From Prevotella sp. (lineage in GTDB: Bacteria > Bacteroidota > Bacteroidia > Bacteroidales > Bacteroidaceae), in assembly GCA_017623155.1 (NCBI GenBank), contig JAGAPR010000098.1, positions 6,601 to 70,600 on the forward strand: a stretch of DNA of 64,000 bases. Direction: 5' to 3'. The translations under genes were made by a program, and so were the position numbers. Numbering within the stretch: the stretch's first letter is position 1; every line of letters starts with the position of its first letter. Under the pieces are notes generated by a model, which did not search any database, was not told the origin of the DNA, and saw nothing but the letters and a program-made list of their open reading frames with translations. Below are positions 27,863 through 36,753 of this stretch, piece by piece.

Positions 27863-30421
27863 ATGCCAAAGCCAGACCGCCGCTCGCTAACTATACGCAT
27901 AGAAGGCCTCGACCGCAAGCACTACCAGGCTACCGACCGCTACGCCCGCCAGGTTAAACGCCTCTACGACGAAGCCGCCCAGGAATACGCCAGCCTGGCC
28001 GGTACCATCTTCGAGCCGGATCCTAACAAGCCCTTCTCCTTCGCCGACTATCCAGCCACCAGGAAGAAGGCCACCAAGATAGCCGCCGACTTAACTAAGA
28101 ACGTCCAGAGAGTAATCGAGGCCGGACAGCGCAGCGAATGGCTGGCCGCCACCTATCGCGCCGACGAATACCTGGCCGGCATATTAGACCGTAGCAAGCT
28201 GACCCGCGCCGAGCTGGAGCAGTACGAAGACCGCAATATAGAAGGCCTGGCCGCCTTCCAGGGGCGAAAAGTCCAGGGGCTTAACCTTAGCGACCGCGTA
28301 TGGAGGTGCACCGACCAATTTACCGAGCACATGGAGCTCGCCCTGGACGTAGCCATCGGAGACGGCCGGAGCGCCCAGGAGTTAAGCCGGGACGTTAGAG
28401 GCCTTCTGAACGAGCCTAACCGGCTTTTCCGTCGAGTAAGGGACAAATACGGCAACCTTCGGCTCAGCAAGGCCGCGGCGGCATACCACCCCGGCCGCGG
28501 CGTCTACCGCTCCAGCTACCAGAACGCGATGCGCTTAGCCCGCACCGAGATTAACATGGCCTACAAGACGGCCGACTGGGAGCGATGGCAGCGCCTCGAC
28601 TTTGTTGTAGGCATACGTATAAGCCTAAGCAACAACCACACCATCATCAACAGCAAGGGCGAACCGGAACCGTTAACCGACATTTGCGACAAGCTGGCCG
28701 GCGACTACCCTAAAACCTTCAAATTTGTAGGCTGGCACCCGAACTGCCGCTGCATGGTAACGCCGATCCTTCAAAGCCCCCAGGAGATGCACCAGGCACG
28801 CCGGGAGCGCCTTCGCGCGATTATGAACGACGAAGCCTATAAGGCGCAGCCTTCGGCTGCCACCGTTACCGACGTCCCGGCCGCCTTTACGGCGCACGTC
28901 AAGGCCATAGCCGAGCGAAGCAAGGGCTGGAAGTCCCAGCCCTTCTGGATCCGCGACAACTTCAAGGGAGGCACCATCTCCGGCGGGCTGTCGCCAGCGA
29001 TACCCCACAAGCTACCAATCGGAGGCACGACGGCGAAGCCGCCCCAGCCACCGAAGCCCTGCACAGACTTCGACGGCTGGATAGACGACCTCAAAACGCA
29101 GGCCTACAGCCTGGGGCTCGATATAAGCCGCCTCGACCCGCTACGAGCAGCCGGCCAGAGGGAGCCGTTAAAGGCCGAAGTAGACCGGCTCCGAGCTTTA
29201 GCCGACGACCGCAGCGCCGAATGGTTGGCCGCGAACCTGGCGCTCCGTAATTTTGTAAAGTCGTGCAAGGACGCCCCGGCCGACTTCCGGAGTAAATACA
29301 CCGATATAGCGAAGGCCAACGCCTACAGTAATAAAAGCTACTACGAGACCTGCATCGCCACGCTAAACCAGGCGCTGGCCGACGCCCAGGCCGAATGGGA
29401 GCAGATCCAGAAGGCGAAGGAGAAGGCCGAGGCCGACAAAAACATGATGACAAAGAAGGAGGCCAGGAAGGAGCTCGCTAAACTTCAGAAGGAGGCCGAC
29501 GAGCTTATTAAAATCTTCCAGAGCATAAGCCCGGGCAAAGCCAGGACGTTAGAACACGCCCTCTATGGCGTCGAAATGGCGCTCCGGGGCAACGACATAA
29601 ATTTAATTAAAGAGCGCCTGGCCGAAGTCAAGCGCTGGCTCTTTACCTACCAGAACCCCAACATGCCCCGCGAGCTTCACCCCGGCGGCGACTACCTAAA
29701 GAAGCACGGCGACGACTACGAATTTAATACCGACTTCTTCAAACTTCTGGACGAGCAGCCGACCCTCCAAATTATAGAAGACGCCGGCGGCAGCTACGAG
29801 AGCCACGCCGGCAAGCTGGTAGTATTAGACAACGGAGGCCGAAACGCCCAGAGCCAATACCATCGCCGCGCCGTAGTCTACCACGAATTTGGCCACGCTA
29901 TAGGCGACCAGCGAGGGCTGATTTATTCCCAGGAGTTAAAAGACCTCCGAGAAAAGCAGCGCGACCGACTTCGTACACGTCAAAAAGATTTTTACTGGAC
30001 TACCGAGATCGAATCGAACTATAACCCGGAGACCGGCAAATTTACAATCGTCAAAAAGAAGGTTAAGACGGAAGTTAACCAGATGCGTATTTTAACGCTG
30101 TCTAAGAAGATAGAAGCTATTTATAACAAGATAGTAGCTAAGAAGGCAGACGACCCGATATTTAAGCGCTATGGGATAACGCAGAAGGACGCCCGCGAGC
30201 AAATAACCAGCCTTATGGATACCCTGCGAAGCCTCGTTAACCGCAACGACGTAGGATGGGGGCACCACGTTAGCTACTTCAAACAAAGGACGCACCCAGA
30301 ACACGAATATTTAGCCCACTGCTTCGAGAACGCATTTTTAGGTAATAGATGCTTCCAGCTCCTTATGCCGTTAGAATACCAGGAGATGATCGACTATATT
30401 AGGACGTTAAAGCCGAGTTAA
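27863..30421 (+). CDS. MuF (gp7-like) minor head protein with C-terminal HExxH metallopeptidase-like extension
   Basis: RLARTE, ICD, WHPNCRC MuF motifs; YHEFGH (HEFGH at 29882-29896); HEYLAH near C-terminus. Confidence 0.8.
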   Translation: MPKPDRRSLTIRIEGLDRKHYQATDRYARQVKRLYDEAAQEYASLAGTIFEPDPNKPFSFADYPATRKKATKIAADLTKNVQRVIEAGQRSEWLAATYRADEYLAGILDRSKLTRAELEQYEDRNIEGLAAFQGRKVQGLNLSDRVWRCTDQFTEHMELALDVAIGDGRSAQELSRDVRGLLNEPNRLFRRVRDKYGNLRLSKAAAAYHPGRGVYRSSYQNAMRLARTEINMAYKTADWERWQRLDFVVGIRISLSNNHTIINSKGEPEPLTDICDKLAGDYPKTFKFVGWHPNCRCMVTPILQSPQEMHQARRERLRAIMNDEAYKAQPSAATVTDVPAAFTAHVKAIAERSKGWKSQPFWIRDNFKGGTISGGLSPAIPHKLPIGGTTAKPPQPPKPCTDFDGWIDDLKTQAYSLGLDISRLDPLRAAGQREPLKAEVDRLRALADDRSAEWLAANLALRNFVKSCKDAPADFRSKYTDIAKANAYSNKSYYETCIATLNQALADAQAEWEQIQKAKEKAEADKNMMTKKEARKELAKLQKEADELIKIFQSISPGKARTLEHALYGVEMALRGNDINLIKERLAEVKRWLFTYQNPNMPRELHPGGDYLKKHGDDYEFNTDFFKLLDEQPTLQIIEDAGGSYESHAGKLVVLDNGGRNAQSQYHRRAVVYHEFGHAIGDQRGLIYSQELKDLREKQRDRLRTRQKDFYWTTEIESNYNPETGKFTIVKKKVKTEVNQMRILTLSKKIEAIYNKIVAKKADDPIFKRYGITQKDAREQITSLMDTLRSLVNRNDVGWGHHVSYFKQRTHPEHEYLAHCFENAFLGNRCFQLLMPLEYQEMIDYIRTLKPS

Positions 30422-30701
30422 CCAGGTAAAGCGCGCCGTCGGGCACCTGACACACCTCCCGCGCGCCTTCGGGCGCCTTCTGATTAAGTCGAGGATAGAC
30501 GACCACCAGGGCGCCACCGTCGAGAGCACACCGGAGCACCGCGCCGGCATACTCGGCATCGTCCAGGCTATAGAGATACCGCGCCAGCTCTTTATCTTCG
30601 GGGCTGGCGTCGCTGTTCATATAGGCCGCCAGGAGGTATTTATTAGACACAACCGTAATAGGCTGACGGCCGGAAAGCGTATTTATTTTCGGGACGTACA
30701 T
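30399..30701 (-). CDS. Hypothetical protein, candidate immunity protein
   Basis: 100 aa; convergent, overlaps MuF 3' end by 23 nt. Confidence 0.55.
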   Translation of the reverse strand: MYVPKINTLSGRQPITVVSNKYLLAAYMNSDASPEDKELARYLYSLDDAEYAGAVLRCALDGGALVVVYPRLNQKAPEGAREVCQVPDGALYLVNSALTS

Positions 30702-30703
30702 AG

Positions 30704-30925
30704 TTAGCGATTTTTGATTTTAGAGCGGCGCTCGGCTAATTGCTTCCTGGCGCCGAAGGCATTATTTAAGACTTTACGATCGGAGCGAGAGAGACAGCAG
30801 CACAGCCCCAGCTCCTCGGCAGGGGAGACCGCCACCGGATGCGGCGGAAACAGAACGGCGACGTAATGATTAATCGAGGCCGCCGCGTAGCCCAGGGGCA
30901 CGTTATTAAAATCGTCGATACTCAT
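30704..30925 (-). CDS. Hypothetical protein (73 aa, MSIDDF...)
   Basis: ATG 30925 downstream of minus-strand TATCTTTG (30956-30963); 2 bp from next gene. Confidence 0.45.
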   Translation of the reverse strand: MSIDDFNNVPLGYAAASINHYVAVLFPPHPVAVSPAEELGLCCCLSRSDRKVLNNAFGARKQLAERRSKIKNR

Positions 30926-31097
30926 AACTATATAACGCTTTAGGTTAACTTTTTGCAAAGATACGCAGAACCGGCGACCCCACCAAATAGCGCCCCAGGA
31001 GCACCCCGGCGGCGCTTTAATACTTTGCAATAAATTGTAATAGTATGCAACGACCCCTCCGGCCTTCATATTACAACCTTCTACAGAGACATAGCAA

Positions 31098-31192
31098 AAA
31101 TTACTCATACCGGCGCCAACCGGTTAACAATAAATTACTCATAACTTCGGCCTTCTTCTTTGCTACCGTACTATGATAATACGCTAAATTTG
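31098..31192 (+). promoter_or_regulatory. Late promoter 2
   Basis: AAATTACTCATA boxes at 31098 and 31132; GTACTATGATAATAC (31168-31182); TAAATTTG (31185-31192). Confidence 0.6.
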
Positions 31193-31234
31193 CCATCGAT
31201 AATACCAACAAGAAACCAAATAACCGACATTATC

Positions 31235-31948
31235 ATGCCCACGATAGAAGAAATTTTAGCGCTACTGCAGGCCAAATTTGCAGGCGCGCGCAAAGACGGA
31301 CTCGAGAACCTGGCAGGCGCCATCGCTTTACAGTGCTCGACCAAAGAAGAAGCCCAGGCCATTATCGACAAGCTCAGCGACGAGAAGGTTAAAGGCTTCA
31401 TAACCGACTGGCGCAAGAAGGCAGACGCCGAGATCAGCAAAGCCACCGCCACCCACGAAAAAGGCCTCCGCGAAAAGTACGACTTTTCGGAGAAGTCTGC
31501 CGGGGGCGAAGGAGGCGGCGCTGGAGAAGGCGGCGGCAAAGGGCAGCCAGCCGGCGGCGAATTAACCCTGGAAGCCATAGGCAAACTCATCGACCAGAGA
31601 CTGGAGGGCGTAGTTACTACCTTCAGCGCGAAAGAGGCGGCCAAAGGCTACCGCGCAACCTTCGAGCAGGCGCTGGACAAGGCCGGCGTTAAAGGGCGCT
31701 ACCGCGATATGATGCTGCGCAACTTCGATCGCGTTAACACCTTCAAGACCGCCGACGAGTTTAACACCTACCTCACGGAAGCGCAGGGCGACATCGACGC
31801 AATCAAACAAGAGCAGGCCGACGCAGGCCTCGGCAACCAGGCTAAGCCCCTTTTTGGAGCCGTGAACAAAGAGGGAGTAAGCACCGCCGTAGCCGACTAC
31901 CTGGCCTCCCAGAAACCCGAGAACACGCTGAGCGGAAAAGAAATTTAA
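31235..31948 (+). CDS. Capsid scaffolding protein (probable)
   Basis: Helical/charged, upstream of capsid genes; ATG 31235 preferred over TTG 31160. Confidence 0.6.
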   Translation: MPTIEEILALLQAKFAGARKDGLENLAGAIALQCSTKEEAQAIIDKLSDEKVKGFITDWRKKADAEISKATATHEKGLREKYDFSEKSAGGEGGGAGEGGGKGQPAGGELTLEAIGKLIDQRLEGVVTTFSAKEAAKGYRATFEQALDKAGVKGRYRDMMLRNFDRVNTFKTADEFNTYLTEAQGDIDAIKQEQADAGLGNQAKPLFGAVNKEGVSTAVADYLASQKPENTLSGKEI

Positions 31949-31967
31949 CTAATAACCCCACAGCCTT

Positions 31968-32549
31968 ATGAGCTTAAAAATCGACCGTAAGCAGGATGTA
32001 CGCACAGCACACGCCTGCACCCACAACCTGGCCGACATTCCCAACGGCGTAACCGTCAGCGCCGCCGACCTCGTAGCAGGGGGCATCCTTCCCGAAGGCG
32101 CCTATATAGGCGTCGACGAAGCAGGGCTCTACCACCTCGTCAAGACCGCCAAGCTGACCGAAGCCGCCGGCGCTACGGCCACCACCTACAAAGTAGCAAA
32201 AGGGCACCACTTCAAGCCCGGAGACTTCATCGCCTCCGACGCAGGCGCGAAGGCCTACGCTATTACTTCCATCGACACGAGCAGCGATCCCACCTACGAC
32301 ACCATCACCGTAGGCACCACCCTGGGCGCTTCCCTTAAAGCCGGCGACGCCCTGGTGCAGGCAAAAGCCGAAGCAGCTAAAGCCGAATTTAAATACGTGC
32401 CTAAAGCCGTGCTGGGCGACTCCTACCCGGTAGAAGCCCTCAGCAACCACCTGGCCGCCGCCGTAACTATCGGCCAGTTTAAGGCCGCACTGTCGCCCGC
32501 CGCACCCGCCGGACTTCGCGCCGCGCTGCCTACCGTCAACTTCATTTAA
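31968..32549 (+). CDS. Head decoration / capsid-associated protein
   Basis: Between scaffold and capsid. Confidence 0.55.
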   Translation: MSLKIDRKQDVRTAHACTHNLADIPNGVTVSAADLVAGGILPEGAYIGVDEAGLYHLVKTAKLTEAAGATATTYKVAKGHHFKPGDFIASDAGAKAYAITSIDTSSDPTYDTITVGTTLGASLKAGDALVQAKAEAAKAEFKYVPKAVLGDSYPVEALSNHLAAAVTIGQFKAALSPAAPAGLRAALPTVNFI

Positions 32550-32573
32550 TAACCCCAAGACACAGCAACGCCA

Positions 32574-33671
32574 ATGATACCCACGTTAATGAAGGGGCTC
32601 AACGAGAAGGACATGACCGCCGTAATTAACAGCTACGACCTCAAACCCTTCTATTACCCCACACTTTTCCCGCTGCGCGAGAACTACACGCTGACCTGGA
32701 AGACCCTGGAAGCCCAGGCCGGCCTCAAAATTGCGGCCGACCTCGTAGCCCGCGGCGCTTCCATCGACAAGAAGACCCGCGAGGCCATCGCCAGGATCCA
32801 GGGCGACATCCCTAAAATTTCGGTAAAACGCACCAAGAACGACGAGGAGCTCACCGAATACGACGTTATGATCGCCATGACGTCGCAGAACCCCGACCTC
32901 CGCCGTATCGTCGAATTTTGGGCTGAAGATACCCAATTTTGCTGGACGGCCGTAGCCGCCCGCATCGAGTGGATGGCGCTGACCCAGATCAGCCGCGGCG
33001 GCAAAATTCCGGTAACAAAGGACAATAACGTTAGCGTTATTTCCGAGTACGAAGTCGACTACCAGATCCCCGAGAAGCGCAAGCTCGGCACCAAGCTGAG
33101 CTGGAAAAACGCCCAGACCGCGAAGCCCTTCTCCGACTTCAAGGCAATAGTTAAGGCCGCGAAGGCCGAAGGCATAAGCCTTAAATTTGCCTTCATGAAC
33201 CTCGACACCTTTGCCGACATGGTAGAGACCGCCGAAGTACAGCAGGCCTGCGCCAGCTTCGCCGCCAACGCCCTCAACATTCAGCAGACCCCGAGCCTGG
33301 AGCAGGTTAACGCCGCTATGGCGCGCCTTCCCTACCTCCGCGGCCTTCAGATTGTAGTTATCGACCAGGACATCACTATCGAGCTCGCTGACGGTACCCG
33401 CCCCTTCAGCGGCAACCCCTTCGCCAACGACGTAGTAATGTTCAGCGAGACCAAAATCCTGGGCAACACCTTCTGGAAGCGCCCGGCCGACGCCAACGTA
33501 GCCGGCTCCGTATCCATCAAGGCGATGAACGGCCACACCCTTATCAAAAAATTTGCGGAAGAAGAACCGCTCGAAGAAGTCACTATGGGCATCGCCAACG
33601 CCTTCCCGGCCTGGACGTCAAGCCAGCGTAGCTACTTCCTCGACACAGCCCACGAGAACTGGAGCCTCTAA
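32574..33671 (+). CDS. Major capsid protein (gpE-like)
   Basis: 365 aa; LFP, RIEWMA, VDYQIP; terminator follows. Confidence 0.8.
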   Translation: MIPTLMKGLNEKDMTAVINSYDLKPFYYPTLFPLRENYTLTWKTLEAQAGLKIAADLVARGASIDKKTREAIARIQGDIPKISVKRTKNDEELTEYDVMIAMTSQNPDLRRIVEFWAEDTQFCWTAVAARIEWMALTQISRGGKIPVTKDNNVSVISEYEVDYQIPEKRKLGTKLSWKNAQTAKPFSDFKAIVKAAKAEGISLKFAFMNLDTFADMVETAEVQQACASFAANALNIQQTPSLEQVNAAMARLPYLRGLQIVVIDQDITIELADGTRPFSGNPFANDVVMFSETKILGNTFWKRPADANVAGSVSIKAMNGHTLIKKFAEEEPLEEVTMGIANAFPAWTSSQRSYFLDTAHENWSL

Positions 33672-33676
33672 CAAAC

Positions 33677-33712
33677 AGCCAGGGGCGACACCATCACGCT
33701 GCCCCCGGCTTT
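33677..33712 (+). terminator. Hairpin after capsid gene
   Basis: AGCCAGGGGC/GCCCCCGGCT-TT. Confidence 0.45.
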
Positions 33713-33725
33713 AACCCTTATAGCT

Positions 33726-34037
33726 ATGACCTACAGAGAATGGATGACCCAAACCGCTAACCGCTTCGGAATAGGAGCGGGAGACGTCGAGCTGATACTG
33801 TGCAACCGCGCCGAGCTTATCCCGGATCCGGACGCAGTAGTTAACCCGACCGTCGCCAAGCGCGCCCTCGTCGCCGAGTTTGCCACCGTCATACCCCTGG
33901 CCAACGTAAGCGAAGGAGGCTACAGCGTAAGCTGGAACTGGGAGGCCATTAAATTCTGGTATAACCAGACCTGCGGCGAGCTCGGGATAACACCCCAGGG
34001 CAAGCCAAAGGTAAGAGACCGCAGTAACACATGGTAA
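33726..34037 (+). CDS. Head-tail connector (probable)
   Basis: NVSEGGYSVSW; synteny. Confidence 0.6.
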   Translation: MTYREWMTQTANRFGIGAGDVELILCNRAELIPDPDAVVNPTVAKRALVAEFATVIPLANVSEGGYSVSWNWEAIKFWYNQTCGELGITPQGKPKVRDRSNTW

Positions 34038-34444
34038 ACCTCGCCGACGTCATAAATAACCAATACCCCCACCGGCTTTATTACAGAGCCAACGAGGGCG
34101 AAGCTACGCAAGACGACCACGGAGCCTGGCGCGAAAGCGAAGCAGGCTGGATGCTATACGGAGCCTGCCGGGAGGAAACAAACGGCAAGGGCGCCACTAT
34201 AGCGACCGCCGGCGGCAAGTTTACCACCTTCTCGGCGCTTATTCAGATACCCCAGGGAGCCGGCACCAGGATCCCCGAGGGCACCGAAGTAATAGCGACC
34301 GATAAGGAGCTGGATGCGGCCACCGTCGCCCGCCTGGACGACGCTAACCTGGTGCAGGAATTAGTTAACGAGGGCACCGTTAGAGTAGCCGGCACGTGCC
34401 TAAAGTTTGACCTCGGCCGACTTCATAGTAGATTATGGGTATAA
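34031..34444 (+). CDS. Head closure protein (probable)
   Basis: Synteny. Confidence 0.5.
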   Translation: MVNLADVINNQYPHRLYYRANEGEATQDDHGAWRESEAGWMLYGACREETNGKGATIATAGGKFTTFSALIQIPQGAGTRIPEGTEVIATDKELDAATVARLDDANLVQELVNEGTVRVAGTCLKFDLGRLHSRLWV

Positions 34445-34905
34445 AACCACGCTTTAACCCCGCCGACGTCGCTAAGAAATTCGACGCCCTTCTCGACTTC
34501 ATACAAGACGAGACTGTTAGAGCGCTCCAGTACGTAGGCGAGCAAGCCGTTACCTACGCCCGGAGTATCCCAGATCCCGACCACGGCGGCCTGGGCTTCA
34601 AAGACCACACCGCCAACCTGCGCTCGTCGATAGGCTACGCAGTCTATTACAACGGCGAGCAGATAACCGGGAGCTACGAAGGCACCCCCGAGGGCACACA
34701 GCAAGGCCAGAACTTAGCCAACAAGGCTGCGGAAGGTACCCGCGGCTTCGCTTTAGTCGTTACAGCGGGCATGTACTACGCCGTTTACGTCGAGAGCAAA
34801 GGCCGCGACGTATTATCCAGCGCCGAGCAGAAGGCCGCGCAATGGCTACAAACAGAGTTAGACGACATCAAACAAGCCGTAATAGAATACTGGAAACAGA
34901 TATGA
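34435..34905 (+). CDS. Neck / tail completion protein (HK97 gp10-like)
   Basis: DHTANLRSSI..GMYYAVYVE. Confidence 0.65.
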   Translation: MGIKPRFNPADVAKKFDALLDFIQDETVRALQYVGEQAVTYARSIPDPDHGGLGFKDHTANLRSSIGYAVYYNGEQITGSYEGTPEGTQQGQNLANKAAEGTRGFALVVTAGMYYAVYVESKGRDVLSSAEQKAAQWLQTELDDIKQAVIEYWKQI

Positions 34906-35318
34906 AGACCTGCAGCACCATAGACACCGACGACATGCTCTATAAACTTCTTCGCCGCGCCGTCGACGAAGGCAAAATAGGCATTAACGGCGTAGTCTGC
35001 CAGGAGACCGACCGACCGGCCGACAGTCAGACCGAGGACATCGTAATAAATACGATAGCCTTAACGCACGACAAGCCCCAGGACGGCACCTCCAACGTAA
35101 ATATTTACGTACCCGACCGGCGCGTAAAGATACGAGGCCAGGAGCAGCGAAAAACCGACTGGGCGCGCCTTAAAGAGATAGGCGACGCCGTAGTTAGCTT
35201 TATTGAAGCCCAGAATTTACCCGACTTCGAGATGTGGATCGAAAACGACACCACGATCCAGGAGCTGACACCAGGCCAGCACTACCGCAATATTAGAATT
35301 AAATGGAATATTCACTAA
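34902..35318 (+). CDS. Tail terminator (probable)
   Basis: EDIVIN..NVNIYVPD; ATGA-coupled start at 34902. Confidence 0.55.
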   Translation: MKTCSTIDTDDMLYKLLRRAVDEGKIGINGVVCQETDRPADSQTEDIVINTIALTHDKPQDGTSNVNIYVPDRRVKIRGQEQRKTDWARLKEIGDAVVSFIEAQNLPDFEMWIENDTTIQELTPGQHYRNIRIKWNIH

Positions 35319-35336
35319 AACCCCACCAATACCACC

Positions 35337-35879
35337 ATGTCTAAAGTAACTTTAGGCCTTTCGGCCATCTTAGGCAGCAGCACCGAGCTCACGAAGGCCG
35401 CCGACGCCTTCAAGACCGAGGGCTACACCCGCTTCGGCCTCACCTACCAGGACACAGCCAACATGACCCAGGAGGACGGCGAATCTACTGAGTTTTTCGC
35501 CGAGGAAGAAGACGACGCCATCGACGAAATCACGAAGCAAGGTAAAACTACCTTCAACTTCTCGGTTATGGATCCCTCGCTGGACACCATAGCGCGCCTC
35601 TTTGGCGGCGAAGTAGCCTCTGACGTTTACGCCTACCCCGACGCCGTAGCGCAGAAGGAGGAAAGCGTTATTATAATCCCGAAGAAGGGGCTCTGCTTCC
35701 ACGTAACCCGCGGCCGTATCAAGGCCAAATTTAACGGCGAATTTAGCAAGAAGGGGCTCATCCTTCTCGAAGTCACCGTTACCGTGATGAAGCCCAACAC
35801 CAGCGGCGTAAAGAAGATCTATATCAAGAAGCTGAGCGCCGAAGAGATAGACTCCACCTTTGCCGACATCGGCAAGTAA
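35337..35879 (+). CDS. Major tail tube protein
   Basis: Synteny; beta-rich 180 aa. Confidence 0.7.
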   Translation: MSKVTLGLSAILGSSTELTKAADAFKTEGYTRFGLTYQDTANMTQEDGESTEFFAEEEDDAIDEITKQGKTTFNFSVMDPSLDTIARLFGGEVASDVYAYPDAVAQKEESVIIIPKKGLCFHVTRGRIKAKFNGEFSKKGLILLEVTVTVMKPNTSGVKKIYIKKLSAEEIDSTFADIGK

Positions 35880-35907
35880 GCCACAACCCCACGCAGACCT
35901 CCAACCG

Positions 35908-35940
35908 TAAAGCCCCCTAAAATTGCTTAGCGGGGCTTTA
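35908..35940 (+). terminator. Hairpin after tail tube gene
   Basis: TAAAGCCCC/GGGGCTTTA. Confidence 0.55.
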
Positions 35941-35959
35941 CATTTAACCAGCCACCCCA

Positions 35960-36538
35960 ATGACTACAGACGACACCAAAATAGCCAGCTTAGAGCAGGA
36001 GCAGAGCGAGCTCCGGCACATGATTAACCAGGGGCTGACCTTCGACGTAGAAGTAACATACAGCCGCCGGCGCCCTGGCTTCTTCGGCTTCTTCCGGAAG
36101 CGCGAGAAGGTAAAAGAAAAGCGAGTATTTACAATCCAGGAGCCGACCCTGGCGACCTTAGACCGGCTTAGCGCCTTATGGCTTCAGATGGAAATCGACG
36201 AGACCCGCCTGGGCGACGCCGACTATTTAGCCACCGCCCGCCAGATGGCCAACAAGGAGGCCAAGCGCCTGGCCGAAGTCGTAGCCGTCGCCGTCCTGGG
36301 CGAAGACTACTACGACACCACGGAACACCGCGGCGCCTTCAGCTACAAGCCCAACGAAGCCCGGCTCCAGCGCCTGGCCGCTACCTTCTTCCACGCCGTT
36401 AAGCCCTCCGACCTATTTACGCTGGCCGTACTTATTACCAACGTCAGCAACTTAGGGGATTTTATAAGCTCTATAAGATTGATGAGCGCGACACGCACCA
36501 GCGACCCGATGGGCAATCTTATAGAACAACCGGCTTAA
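35960..36538 (+). CDS. Tail assembly chaperone (G)
   Basis: Between tail tube and tape measure. Confidence 0.7.
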   Translation: MTTDDTKIASLEQEQSELRHMINQGLTFDVEVTYSRRRPGFFGFFRKREKVKEKRVFTIQEPTLATLDRLSALWLQMEIDETRLGDADYLATARQMANKEAKRLAEVVAVAVLGEDYYDTTEHRGAFSYKPNEARLQRLAATFFHAVKPSDLFTLAVLITNVSNLGDFISSIRLMSATRTSDPMGNLIEQPA

Positions 36539-36753
36539 AAAGCCCCCACGGCCGCCGGGGATCGGTATGCGCGCACTTCGGCTGGCCTTTAGACTACCTC
36601 CTCCACGGCATACCCTGGGGCACCGTGCAAAGGATGCTAATCGACGCGCCCGGCGTCGAGGATATAGACCCCAAGACCGGCACCGGCGACATCGTTTTAA
36701 CCGACGACAACGCCGACCAAGTATTAGCAATGATTAACCGCATAAATAGATGA
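36457..36753 (+). CDS. -1 frameshift extension of tail chaperone (GT)
   Basis: -1 frame open 36403-36753 (..GLKSPHGRRGSVCAHFGWPLDYLLHGIPWGTVQRMLIDAP..); G GAT TTT at 36457-36463. Confidence 0.65.
   Translation, partial: GFYKLYKIDERDTHQRPDGQSYRTTGLKSPHGRRGSVCAHFGWPLDYLLHGIPWGTVQRMLIDAPGVEDIDPKTGTGDIVLTDDNADQVLAMINRINR

Noticed and set aside
31160-31234. TTG-start extension of scaffold ORF (and upstream extension of 30704..31108)
   Set aside because: Overlaps promoter/operator boxes; downstream ATGs have better context
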